Origin: Gemmatimonadales bacterium
Lineage (GTDB): Bacteria; Gemmatimonadota; Gemmatimonadetes; Gemmatimonadales; GWC2-71-9
Assembly: GCA_035549935.1 (NCBI GenBank)
Contig: DASZPT010000089.1
Location: 1-60,796, forward strand
DNA length: 60,796 nt
Direction of reading: 5' to 3'
The position numbers and the translations under genes are program-made. The notes below the pieces were generated by a model. That model was not told the origin of the DNA, made no database searches, and worked only from the letters and a program-made list of their open reading frames with translations. Of the stretch, positions 34,032 through 42,781 are shown in pieces. Position 1 is the first letter of the stretch; the number at the start of each line of letters is the position of its first letter.

Positions 34032-34055
34032 GGGCGACCGACCGGTCGCCCATTT
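34032..34055 (+). terminator. Intrinsic terminator
   Basis: GGGCGACC (34032-39), loop GACC, GGTCGCCC (34044-51), then ATTTG. Confidence 0.55.
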
Positions 34056-34068
34056 GCGTCCCAATACC

Positions 34069-34084
34069 ATAAGCTATAGCTTAT
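34069..34084. promoter_or_regulatory. Perfect 16-bp AT-rich palindrome; candidate ArsR/SmtB autoregulatory operator
   Basis: ATAAGCTA|TAGCTTAT, 8 nt upstream of the ArsR-family ATG (34092), in an otherwise very GC-rich genome. Confidence 0.5.
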
Positions 34085-34091
34085 ATAAGTC

Positions 34092-34394
34092 ATGAGCTAT
34101 GGAAATGCCCTCACCGCCCTGGCCGATCCCACCCGGCGCCGCCTCTACGAGCGGCTCCGCCGCCGGCCCCACACTGTGGGCGAACTGGCTCGGCTCGCCC
34201 GCGTGTCGCAACCCGCCGTCTCCCAGCACCTCAAGGTGCTGAGCGGTGCCCGGCTCGTCTCCGTGCGCCCCGACGGCGTGCGGCGCTACTACCAGGCCAC
34301 CCCCGAGGGACTGCGGGACCTGCGCGCCTGGCTCGACGCGATGTGGGACGACGTGCTCTCGGCCTATGCCCGCGGGACCACCGATCCGACCTGA
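34092..34394 (+). CDS. ArsR/SmtB-family transcriptional regulator
   Basis: ALADPTRRRLYERL....HTVGELARLARVSQPAVSQHLKVL is the canonical winged-HTH signature. Confidence 0.9.
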   Translation: MSYGNALTALADPTRRRLYERLRRRPHTVGELARLARVSQPAVSQHLKVLSGARLVSVRPDGVRRYYQATPEGLRDLRAWLDAMWDDVLSAYARGTTDPT

Positions 34395-34404
34395 GGTACC
34401 CACC

Positions 34405-35106
34405 ATGACCACTCCCGGCCAGCCGCTGCCGCCGATCCACAAGACCATCACCGTGCCCTGGTCCCAGGACCGCGCCTTCCAGCGCTTCACCGCGGAGCTG
34501 GGCAGCTGGTGGCCCGCGCACGCCTACTCGGTCGGGCAGGCGCGGGTGCGCCGCTGCGCCCTGGAGGGTCGCGTGGGCGGAGAGATCTACGAGGAGTGGC
34601 AGGACGGGAGCCGACACGTGTGGGGGACGGTGCAGGTCTGGGACCCGCCGTCGAGGGTGGCCTTCAGCTGGCACCCGGGCCGGGAGGCGAGCACCGCACA
34701 ATCGATCGACGTCCGGTTCAGCCCGGCCGGCGCCGGTACCAGGCTCGACCTGGTGCACAGCGGGTGGGAGCACTATGGCGCCGACGCCGCCAAGGCCCAT
34801 CGCGGCTATCCACTCGGCTGGACCCACGTGCTCAACTGCTGGGCCGGCCGCCGCCATCACTGGGTGAACCTCACGATGAACGCGATCGTGCGGGTGATGG
34901 CGGTCCGCACACGGACCTGGCTGTGGCTTGCGCTGGTCCTGCTGGTGGGAAACGCGGTCGGCGGCTGGATCGCCTATGGCCGAGAGGAAATGCTGCACGG
35001 CCATCTGCACGTTGCCGCAACGGTCCTCTCGCTGGTCTGGCTCGGCTGGCTCGCTACCCGGCTGAAGGGGTCGGCTTCCGCGCCGGCGCCGGCGGGCCGA
35101 AGATGA
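34405..35106 (+). CDS. SRPBCC/AHSA1-like protein with a C-terminal two-TM extension
   Basis: IHKTITVPWSQDRAFQRFT..LG.WWP...GG.I.E.W.DG....WG.V..WDPP.R..F.W; tail WLWLALVLLVGNAVGGW...VLSLVWLGWLA. The usual ArsR partner. Confidence 0.75.
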   Translation: MTTPGQPLPPIHKTITVPWSQDRAFQRFTAELGSWWPAHAYSVGQARVRRCALEGRVGGEIYEEWQDGSRHVWGTVQVWDPPSRVAFSWHPGREASTAQSIDVRFSPAGAGTRLDLVHSGWEHYGADAAKAHRGYPLGWTHVLNCWAGRRHHWVNLTMNAIVRVMAVRTRTWLWLALVLLVGNAVGGWIAYGREEMLHGHLHVAATVLSLVWLGWLATRLKGSASAPAPAGRR

Positions 35107-36181
35107 GCCAGTGCACCCCGCTCGCGAGCCCGGAGAGGACGAAGATCCCGGTACACCAGGCGAGTGCCACCTGCATCACGCCGAGGAGGGCCGCCGGCAG
35201 GTAGAGGAAAGTGAAGAAATCGCGCCGGCCGGCCATCTCGAGGGTCTCCTTCACCTGGGTGAGGAACGACCGGTGCGCCGTGTGGTCGTGAGCGGACTCC
35301 CCGTGCTCCTTCTGTCCCCGCCACCGGATGCTCGCCACGCTCCCACTGCCGCCCCCACTCACGATGAGCGCGGCGTAGAGTGCCACCTGGTAGATCAGGT
35401 GCAGCACCGTGCCGACGATGGTCAGCATCCGCGCCGGTTCCCATCCCGCCTGGTAGAGCGCCCACCCTGTCGCCATGAAGAAGCCGAGGTTCACCACGTC
35501 GTCCACCACCTGGTCGAGCCACTCGCCCAGGCGGGAGCGGATGTACTTGAGACGCGAGATCTCGCCGTCGCACCCGTCGAGGATCGACTGGATCTGGAGC
35601 AGGAGGGCCCCGGGGATGAACCAGCTCGCGCCGCCCAGCGCCACGACCGCGATCGCGGCGAGCCCGAACACCGCGGCCACGACCGTCATCTGGTTCGGGG
35701 TGAGGCCGGTCTCGAGCAGCGAGCGGGTGACCCGGAGGGAGATTCTGCGGTTGATGGTGCGCGAGATCAGGCCATCGGTGCCCTTGAGGAGCGCGGCCAG
35801 CAGGAGATCCTCGGCCTGTACCAGCCCGGCGGCGTCGGTCGGGGCGACGACGAACTCGCCCGGCTTGAGCGGTGCCGCCTCGATATCGCCCCGGTAGCCG
35901 TCATCGACCAGTCGCTTGGGGAGGAGCCGGTGCCAGACGAGCCCTATCCTCGCCACCAGCACGCTCTCGGGATCCACGGTGTCGCCGGGACCCGTCGCCA
36001 GGAGCGGGATCCGGAGCCGTGGGTCGCGCGGGAAGCGGTCCGGGGCGAGGCCCTGGATCGCCACCTCCTCGATGCCGCCGTCCTGGAGCGACAGCAGCTG
36101 CCGCAGAAGAATCGTGAGTCCCGCGACATGCGCCTCGGGATCGCCGACGGCGGGCGCGGTGAGCGTGGCGCGCCGCTTCAC
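35054..36181 (-). CDS. CDP-alcohol phosphatidyltransferase with a degenerate nucleotidyltransferase-like N-terminal domain
   Basis: GTG start in a GTGA overlap (36178-36181). Motif LDGCDGEISRLKYIRSRLGEWLDQVVDD (DGx2-x-Rx8Gx3Dx3D with A->S). The N-terminal ~150 aa resembles an NTP-transferase core without the G-loop. Confidence 0.8.
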   Translation of the reverse strand: MKRRATLTAPAVGDPEAHVAGLTILLRQLLSLQDGGIEEVAIQGLAPDRFPRDPRLRIPLLATGPGDTVDPESVLVARIGLVWHRLLPKRLVDDGYRGDIEAAPLKPGEFVVAPTDAAGLVQAEDLLLAALLKGTDGLISRTINRRISLRVTRSLLETGLTPNQMTVVAAVFGLAAIAVVALGGASWFIPGALLLQIQSILDGCDGEISRLKYIRSRLGEWLDQVVDDVVNLGFFMATGWALYQAGWEPARMLTIVGTVLHLIYQVALYAALIVSGGGSGSVASIRWRGQKEHGESAHDHTAHRSFLTQVKETLEMAGRRDFFTFLYLPAALLGVMQVALAWCTGIFVLSGLASGVHWLIFGPPAPARKPTPSAG

Positions 36182-37101
36182 GCGGCGCGCTCCTTCGGCT
36201 CCTGGAGCATCAGGTAGGCGAGCAGGAGGTTGAAGACGGTCGCGGTCCCGGCGAAATAGAGGATCGGCGCCGGGGCCCACCAGTAGCCGGCGATCGCCGT
36301 CAGGTAGGCGAAGGCGAAGTGGGTGCCGATGCCCTGGAAGGTCCAGAGCCGCATGCGGCCCGCGTGGGTGGCGCGATAGGCCACCGGGTCCTCCGCCGGA
36401 CGGATCGTCATCGCGGCATGCTGGGCGCGGGAGTAGGCGAGGTAGACCCAGAGGAGGATGGCGTCGCGGTAGCGTCCCTCCCCGAGCGCGGTCCGGCGGT
36501 TGGCGTCGACCAGGTCCAGGTCCTCGTCGCGTTCGGCGTAGCCCCGGCCTACCCGCGCGATGTACCGGGTCTTGGCGTGATCGAAGAGCGCGGACTGCAC
36601 CGCCGAACTGGCGATGCCGGCGAGCCCGACCAGCCAGAGGAGCGGCTTCCCGGTATGCCCAACCATGTAGATGGTCCCGCCGATGCCGAGCGAGATCCCG
36701 ACGGCATAGTCGCCGATGCCGTCCAGGATCGCCCCGTAGGTCGAGGAAATCTTCTTCCGCCGGGCGAGCTGGCCGTCGCAGCAATCGAGGACCACCGCGG
36801 CGAAGAGCAGGCCGCCGGTGAGCAGCAGCCGGTCGGGCCGGCCGACACTCATGCCGAGGAGGATGCCCGCCACCACGCCGACGAGGGCGGCGAAGAGCGT
36901 GACCTGGTTGGGTGTGACGGGTGTGTGGACGAGGAGATCGACGATCCGGCGGGCGATGGGGCGGTGCAGGTACTCGTCGACCAGTTCCTCGACCTCGGGC
37001 GGCTTGGCCGGCACCGCCGTCACCACGTCACCGGGCGAAGCGGGCCCGGGCGTCTTCGAGGTCGGCGAGGTCATCGATCTCGGTCCATTCCTGGTGGCCA
37101 A
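36178..37101 (-). CDS. CDP-alcohol phosphatidyltransferase
   Basis: Motif LDCCDGQLARRKKISSTYGAILDGIGD; multiple TM helices. Start ambiguous: ATG 37101/37074 overlap the upstream gene, while GTG 37026 lies 1 nt after the upstream stop. Confidence 0.8.
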   Translation of the reverse strand: MATRNGPRSMTSPTSKTPGPASPGDVVTAVPAKPPEVEELVDEYLHRPIARRIVDLLVHTPVTPNQVTLFAALVGVVAGILLGMSVGRPDRLLLTGGLLFAAVVLDCCDGQLARRKKISSTYGAILDGIGDYAVGISLGIGGTIYMVGHTGKPLLWLVGLAGIASSAVQSALFDHAKTRYIARVGRGYAERDEDLDLVDANRRTALGEGRYRDAILLWVYLAYSRAQHAAMTIRPAEDPVAYRATHAGRMRLWTFQGIGTHFAFAYLTAIAGYWWAPAPILYFAGTATVFNLLLAYLMLQEPKERAA

Positions 37102-37777
37102 TCGAAACGGTCTGGAAGCTAACGCCGGCCTGCATCATCCGCTGGAAGGCGTCCTCGTAGTAGCCGGTCGTGTCCCCCGACTCGCGCATCGCCTCGAGGG
37201 TGGCCCAGAGGATCGGGAGGGCGGGGCCCCCCACCTTCTGCACCCCGATCGACTCGCCGGCGGCCTCGGTGGGGGGCACCTGCTTCGAGAGGCGCCGCAC
37301 GTTGCCGCGGTCGTCGAGCTGGGCCTTCATCTCCTCCTCGCCGAGGCGGGTCTCGGTGTCGAGGAGGAGGCCACAGGGCGAGGGCAGCTCCACCAGGCGG
37401 CGGAGCGCGTCACCGGTCAGCACCACGTCGCCGTCGCAGAGCACGATACCGCGTCCGGTGACCCGGGTGCGGGCGGCGAGCACGCTCATGCAGTTGCCGG
37501 TGGTGGCGAAGTCGGGGTTGGGCGCGAGTGCCACCTCGATCGGCGGCGGATGGCGGTGCAGGTGCTCCTCCACCCGGTCGGCGAGGTAGCCGGTGACGAT
37601 CACGGCGCGGGTGATACCGGCGGCGGCGATCCGCTCGAGCTGCCGGGCGAGGATCGTCTGGCCGCCGACATCGAGCAGGCACTTGGGAGTCTGCTCCGTG
37701 AGGGGCCGGAGCCGGGTGCCGGTGCCCGCCGCGAGGATGATGGCCTCGCAGGCGAGCCCCGGCGATGGAGAGGACAT
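37028..37777 (-). CDS. LicC/PntC-like cytidylyltransferase (NTP_transferase fold)
   Basis: G-loop AIILAAGTGTRLRPLTEQTPKCLLDVGGQTIL. 249 aa. Starts 2 nt after the aminotransferase stop. Confidence 0.85.
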   Translation of the reverse strand: MSSPSPGLACEAIILAAGTGTRLRPLTEQTPKCLLDVGGQTILARQLERIAAAGITRAVIVTGYLADRVEEHLHRHPPPIEVALAPNPDFATTGNCMSVLAARTRVTGRGIVLCDGDVVLTGDALRRLVELPSPCGLLLDTETRLGEEEMKAQLDDRGNVRRLSKQVPPTEAAGESIGVQKVGGPALPILWATLEAMRESGDTTGYYEDAFQRMMQAGVSFQTVSIGHQEWTEIDDLADLEDARARFAR

Positions 37778-37779
37778 GC

Positions 37780-38967
37780 TCAACGCCGCGGCAGCTCCGC
37801 GATGTCCGAGAGGGTCTCGAGGAAGCGGTCGATCGTCTCCACGCCGATGTCGCCCATGTTGGCGATGAGGAAGCAGTCGTGCGAGAGGGGGCCCTTGCCG
37901 CGATAGACCAGGAAGCCCCGCTGCCGGAGGTCGTGGTAGAGCGAATCGAAGGAGATCCCGGTCGGGAGCGGCGACACGGTGAGCGAGGCGGCCGTGGCGG
38001 GACCGTCGAAGCGGGGCTTGAGACCCAGCCCCTGGAGGCCCGCGCGGAGCCGGGCGTTGAGCGCCCGGTAGGTCGCGCGCCGGGCCGCGACGCCGCCCTG
38101 TTCCTCCAGCTCGTGGAGGGCGGCCTCGAGGGCGACCACCGCGGGCACGGCCGGGGTGAAGGGCGTCTGCCCGTTGTCCCGCTGGGCGGCGCGATAGCGG
38201 CGGAGGTCGAGGTACATCGAGCGGGGCCGGACGTGCTCGGTCTCGCTCCAGATCTCGGGCCGGGTGATCACGAAGGCCGCGCCGGCCACGCCGTGGAGGC
38301 ACTTGTTCGAGCTGCCGATCACCACCGACGCGCGCGACTTCGCCATGTCGAACTCTTCGGCGCCGAGGCTCGAGACCACGTCGACGAAATAGCGGAGGTG
38401 CCGGGGCGCGAGCAGGCGCCCGATCTCGTTCACCGGATTGAGCCGGCCCACGCTGGTCTCGTGGTGCACCATCGCCACCGCGCGGATCCGCGGGTCGCCA
38501 TCGAGCATCCCCTGGACCTGCTCCAGCACGATGGGTTCTCCCCAGTCGTATCGGAGATGGCTCATCGAGATCCCGAGGCACTGGGCCATCTCGGCGATCC
38601 GTTCGCCGAACGCGCCGTTGGAGACCACCAGCAGCCGCTCATCGGAGCCGACGAAGGTGGCGAGTGCCGCCTCGGTCGCAGCGGTGGCGCCGCCCCCGAC
38701 CACGAGCACATCGTGCCCGGGGGCCATCGCGACCCGCCGGAGCCGCGCGATCACCCGCGAAAGGACCTCGACGAAGGCCCGGTCACGGTGGGCGATATCG
38801 GCACTGGCCAGCGCTTCCTTCACCCGGGCCGAGGTGCTGACCGGGCCGGGGCAGAGGAGGGTCAACTCGGCTTCAGAGGGCGCGGAGCTGGGAAGAATTG
38901 CCCTGACCGTGTCGCCTTCTGCCCGCCGAGTACGTGTCAGGCTGTCCAGCGCGGCGTGTGCTTTCAT
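37780..38967 (-). CDS. Class-V aminotransferase, PhnW-like (2-aminoethylphosphonate:pyruvate transaminase family)
   Basis: Blocks recalled from PhnW: L.PGP...S..VKEA; VVSNGAFGERIAEMA; MVHHETSVGRLNP; SSNKCLHGVAGAAFVI (PLP Lys); GGVAARR; FLVYRGK...DCFLIANMG. Confidence 0.8.
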   Translation of the reverse strand: MKAHAALDSLTRTRRAEGDTVRAILPSSAPSEAELTLLCPGPVSTSARVKEALASADIAHRDRAFVEVLSRVIARLRRVAMAPGHDVLVVGGGATAATEAALATFVGSDERLLVVSNGAFGERIAEMAQCLGISMSHLRYDWGEPIVLEQVQGMLDGDPRIRAVAMVHHETSVGRLNPVNEIGRLLAPRHLRYFVDVVSSLGAEEFDMAKSRASVVIGSSNKCLHGVAGAAFVITRPEIWSETEHVRPRSMYLDLRRYRAAQRDNGQTPFTPAVPAVVALEAALHELEEQGGVAARRATYRALNARLRAGLQGLGLKPRFDGPATAASLTVSPLPTGISFDSLYHDLRQRGFLVYRGKGPLSHDCFLIANMGDIGVETIDRFLETLSDIAELPRR

Positions 38968-39112
38968 CACACTCTCAGGTAAGGGTGTGTTGCAATGACG
39001 CAGAAGACAATTTCCCCAAGATGTTGCTACGCAACGACTTGAGGTGTTTTGTCGAGCCTCTGGTGCCGAGTCCGCAATCGCGGAAGCGGCGGCGATTGAG
39101 CAGGTTCCGCGC

Positions 39113-40327
39113 CTAGCGGCCCAGTGACCAGCGTCCCACCTCGGCCAGCCAGCGGCCGAGACGCCAGGGGTCGGGAGTCGCGGGCTCGGCTTTCGCCCCG
39201 AGGCGCTCCCCGATGAACCGGCTGATCCGCTCGGCGCGCGCGTCCCAGGTGAGGCCTTCGGCGGTCCGCCGCGCGCCGTCGGCCAGACGAGCCGCCTCCT
39301 CGGGAGTTGCAGCGAGCCGCCGGAGCCGGGCCACGGTGCCGGGGACGTCGCCGGGGGCGACCAGCGCGGCATTCCCGCCGTCGACGAGGAGCTCGGCGGT
39401 GTCGGGTGCGACCGGCGCCAGGACCACGCGGCCGGCGGCCAGGTACAGGAACAGCTTGATCGGGAGCACGGTGTTCCCGTGCCGTTCGAGCGGGGCCAGG
39501 CTCGGCGGAATGCACAGGACATCGGCGGCGTAGAGCCAGGGTGCGAGCTCGGTGAACCGCTGCCAGGGCACCACCCGCACATTGGCGAGCGAGCGCGCCT
39601 CCCGTTCCACCGGGCCCTCGCCCTCCGAGCCGACGAGGACGAAGGTGAACTCGGGGGCCTGCCGGGCACATTCCAGGATGATGTCGAGCCCCTTCCGCTG
39701 GTTCATGCGGCCGCTGTAGACCACCGTGAACCGTCCGGCCTCGAGGCCGAGGTGGGCGCGTGCCTCCTCGCGGGAGAGGCGGGGTTCCATCCGGGCCGGG
39801 TCCCAGCCATTGTGCGCCACGAGCAGGCGGGATTCGGGAACGCCGAGACGCAGGTAGCTTTGCAGCGCATGCTGGGAGTGGAACACCGCGCCCACCAGGT
39901 TCGGATGGCGCAGGATGTGCCGCAGCACCGGCTGCAGCGGCGGGTGCTGGTCGCCCCAGGGGCGGAAGTGCTCGTAGACGACGCGCCGGCCGGCCCGGAG
40001 CACGCTCCAGGCGGCGGGCAGGTTCCGGGTGTAGACCAGGTCGGCCGCGGCGACGAGGGGATGGCGCGCGGCGCGGAGCGCGTGGGACCACTTCTCCAGG
40101 CCGCGGAGCCCGTGATACCGGTAGCGGAGCAGCTCCACCCGGAACTCGCCCCGGACCTGGTAGTACCGGCGCAGGGCCTCGGCATCGCCGGGGCCGCTCC
40201 GCGCCCCGGGGAGCAGCAGGCTCAGCGAGAGCCCCTGGCGCGAGAGCGCGGCCACGGTGTTGACCACCTGTTCGGTGTCGGCACCAGTGCCGGGGAGGAG
40301 CGCGTCGTAGAGATACAGGATGTGCAT
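39113..40327 (-). CDS. GT4 (group 1) glycosyltransferase
   Basis: MHILYLYD...GADTEQ; C-terminal GRMNQRKG...E(x7)E-like block. Confidence 0.85.
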   Translation of the reverse strand: MHILYLYDALLPGTGADTEQVVNTVAALSRQGLSLSLLLPGARSGPGDAEALRRYYQVRGEFRVELLRYRYHGLRGLEKWSHALRAARHPLVAAADLVYTRNLPAAWSVLRAGRRVVYEHFRPWGDQHPPLQPVLRHILRHPNLVGAVFHSQHALQSYLRLGVPESRLLVAHNGWDPARMEPRLSREEARAHLGLEAGRFTVVYSGRMNQRKGLDIILECARQAPEFTFVLVGSEGEGPVEREARSLANVRVVPWQRFTELAPWLYAADVLCIPPSLAPLERHGNTVLPIKLFLYLAAGRVVLAPVAPDTAELLVDGGNAALVAPGDVPGTVARLRRLAATPEEAARLADGARRTAEGLTWDARAERISRFIGERLGAKAEPATPDPWRLGRWLAEVGRWSLGR

Positions 40328-40446
40328 GGGTCGTTGGCGAACGACACAAGACTAGTCGCGGGGCGCGCGGCGGCCAAACGCCGGCGTCCCGTCCCACTCC
40401 CGGAGAACCGCTCCTGACGACCAGCCCGATCGACGCGCGACACGAG

Positions 40447-41880
40447 ATGAAGCGTGGCCTCTGGTGGATGGGCGGGGCGACGCTCGCCATGCGGCTCCTC
40501 GACGTGGGCGGCACCCTGATCGTGCTCCAGTTCCTGGGCCCAGGGGAGATCGGCATCGCCACGCTGGCGTGGAGCCTCGCGGTGGCGATGGAGGCGTTCA
40601 ACGGCCTCGGGGTGGGCCAGGTCCTGGTGCGCCAGAAGGAGATGACGCACGCCGAGCTGTCCGGGCTCTTCTGGTTCTGCACCCTGCTCGGCGTGGCGGC
40701 GACGGCGGTGATGGGCGCGGTGGCGCCCTTCGTCGCGGTCTTCTACGGCAACTGGCGTCTCTACCCGATGATCGTGGTCGCGGCGACGAAGCTCATCTTC
40801 GTGGGCGCGGCCCTGGTGCCGCTCCAGGTCCTGACTCGCGACCTCGACTTCAAGACCTCGGGTGCGGCCCAGACCCTGGCCACCCTGGGCGAGTCGCTGA
40901 CCAAGGTGGCGCTGGTGGTCGCGGGGATGGGGGCGTGGGGGTTGGTGCTCGCCAACGTGGGCCGGGGACTCTACCTCTACCTCGCGCTCCAGTGGCTCGC
41001 GCCGTTCCGCCCGTCGCTCACCGCGGCGGACGCCTCCACCCGGCGGTCGATCCGCTTCGGTCTGCGGGTCGCGGCGGGGAGCATCATCTACCAGATCTAC
41101 CGCAACATGGACTTCCTGCTGGTGGGCCGGTTCCTCGGCACCAGCGCGGTCGGCATTTACCGGGTGGCGTGGGACCTCGGCATGACCCCGCTCGAGATCG
41201 TGGTCAACCTGGTGAACCGGGTGCAGTACCCGATCTACGCCAAGCTGCAGGAGCATGCGCAGGAGCTGAGGGCGGCGTTCTACCGGAGCGCCCAGTCGCT
41301 CCTCCTCACGCTCGGACCGGTGGTCGCGCTGATCTGCTTCGCGAGCCCGGACATCCTCCGCCTGATCGGGCACGGGAAGTGGCTCGCGGCGGCGCCGCTG
41401 GTGCAGATCCTGGTCTGGGCGAGCCTCCTGCGCGGGATCGCCCAGCTCTTCCCCGCCCTCTACATCGCGACCGGCCATCCGCACTACTCGGTCTACGACT
41501 CGATCGTCACCGGCGGCACCCTGGTGGTGGGGTTCCTCCTGGCCCTCATCCTCGCGCCGGCGGAGACCGCCACCCACTGGGTGGCGCTGGTCTGGCTCCT
41601 GAGCTACCCGGTTGCGCTGGCGCTTCACTTCTCGCTGGCGCGCCGTACCGCGCCGATCGGCCCGCTCAGCATGGGCCGGAGCCTCGTCCCGGCGGCCCTC
41701 GGGCTCGGACTGCTGTCGCTGGTGCTCGGGGCGGTCTCGCTGCTCCGCCCCACGCTCGGCTCGCCGGTGGCGATGCTGGTGCTTCTCATCGTGCTCGGTC
41801 TCGGGACGTATTTCCTGTTCCTCCGCAAGGTCCTGCATCTCACGCCGGGGCACCTGCTGCCCCGCCGGGAGGAGAGCTGA
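40447..41880 (+). CDS. MOP/Wzx-type polysaccharide flippase
   Basis: 477 aa, about 12-14 TM; the N-terminus KRGLWWMGGATLAMRLLDVGGTLIVLQFLGPGEIGIATLAWS is typical of PST-family flippases. Confidence 0.85.
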   Translation: MKRGLWWMGGATLAMRLLDVGGTLIVLQFLGPGEIGIATLAWSLAVAMEAFNGLGVGQVLVRQKEMTHAELSGLFWFCTLLGVAATAVMGAVAPFVAVFYGNWRLYPMIVVAATKLIFVGAALVPLQVLTRDLDFKTSGAAQTLATLGESLTKVALVVAGMGAWGLVLANVGRGLYLYLALQWLAPFRPSLTAADASTRRSIRFGLRVAAGSIIYQIYRNMDFLLVGRFLGTSAVGIYRVAWDLGMTPLEIVVNLVNRVQYPIYAKLQEHAQELRAAFYRSAQSLLLTLGPVVALICFASPDILRLIGHGKWLAAAPLVQILVWASLLRGIAQLFPALYIATGHPHYSVYDSIVTGGTLVVGFLLALILAPAETATHWVALVWLLSYPVALALHFSLARRTAPIGPLSMGRSLVPAALGLGLLSLVLGAVSLLRPTLGSPVAMLVLLIVLGLGTYFLFLRKVLHLTPGHLLPRREES

Positions 41881-41881
41881 C

Positions 41882-42781
41882 GTGCTCGGTGTAGTGGGGG
41901 ACTGGATCCGGAAGCTGGAGGTGCGGCTCAACCGTCCCCTCCGTCCGCTCCCGCCGGCGCAGGCCTTCTGGTCGCTCTACCAGGAGGACGGCCGGGCGCT
42001 TGCGTCGCCGCCGGCGTCGCTCCAGGAGGGTGGGCCCTGCGACCTTCTGATCGCGGTCACCACCTACAACCGCGCCGCGAGCGTGGGCCGGGTGCTCGCG
42101 GCACTGCCCGAGGCGCTGGCGGCGCTGGGGCGGCCGCTCCGCGTGCGGCTGGTGGTCCTGCAGGACGGGGCGGAAGGGGACTACGGCGCGACACGGGAGC
42201 TGGCGCGCGGGCTCTTCGGCGACCGGGTCACCTGGCTCACCGCCCGCGAGCGGCTGGGGAAGAAGGGGTACTGGAAGGCGTACCAGACGCTCTTCCTCGC
42301 GGCGCGGCTCCTCCGTCCGGCCTACGCCCTCTTTCTGCAGGACGATCTCGAATTCGAGCCGGGATTCCTGCGGGAGTGCTTCCGGCGCTGGGACGCGCTG
42401 GCGAAGGACCACCGGCGCCGGGTGCTGTACCTCTTCGCGTCGGCGGATGACGAGCCGGAGGGACGGTGGGTGAGGTTCCGGCGGCGGGAGGCGGAGGACG
42501 GGGCCCGGCTCACGAAGTGGTTCGACCTGCAGGGGTACTTCGTGGATGGGGCGTTCTTCGAGCTCCTGGGGTACCGGATGTTTCCGATCTCGGAGCGGCG
42601 CTGGCGGACCGCGCACTACTCGAGCGGGGTGGGGGAGCAGCTCACCCGCCGGCTCTTCCCGCGGGCCAGCGTCTACCAGGCCCATCCCTCGCTGGTCTAC
42701 CACGGCGCGCACCGGAGCGAGATGAACCCCGAGGCCCGCGCGGCCCGCTCGCTCGACAACCGGCCTAGCGGGAGCGGCTGA
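41882..42781 (+). CDS. Putative GT-A-fold glycosyltransferase, family uncertain
   Basis: GTG start with GGGAGGAGAG upstream. Contains LLIAVTTYNRAASVGRVL... and ...FLQDDLEF (DxD-like). Confidence 0.55.
   Translation: MLGVVGDWIRKLEVRLNRPLRPLPPAQAFWSLYQEDGRALASPPASLQEGGPCDLLIAVTTYNRAASVGRVLAALPEALAALGRPLRVRLVVLQDGAEGDYGATRELARGLFGDRVTWLTARERLGKKGYWKAYQTLFLAARLLRPAYALFLQDDLEFEPGFLRECFRRWDALAKDHRRRVLYLFASADDEPEGRWVRFRRREAEDGARLTKWFDLQGYFVDGAFFELLGYRMFPISERRWRTAHYSSGVGEQLTRRLFPRASVYQAHPSLVYHGAHRSEMNPEARAARSLDNRPSGSG

Noticed and set aside
35054-38967. Declaring the operon a complete phosphonate biosynthesis cluster.
   Set aside because: The defining enzymes, PEP mutase and phosphonopyruvate decarboxylase, are not present anywhere in the window. 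Only the transaminase and activation/transfer steps are supported, so the phosphonate assignment remains a hypothesis.
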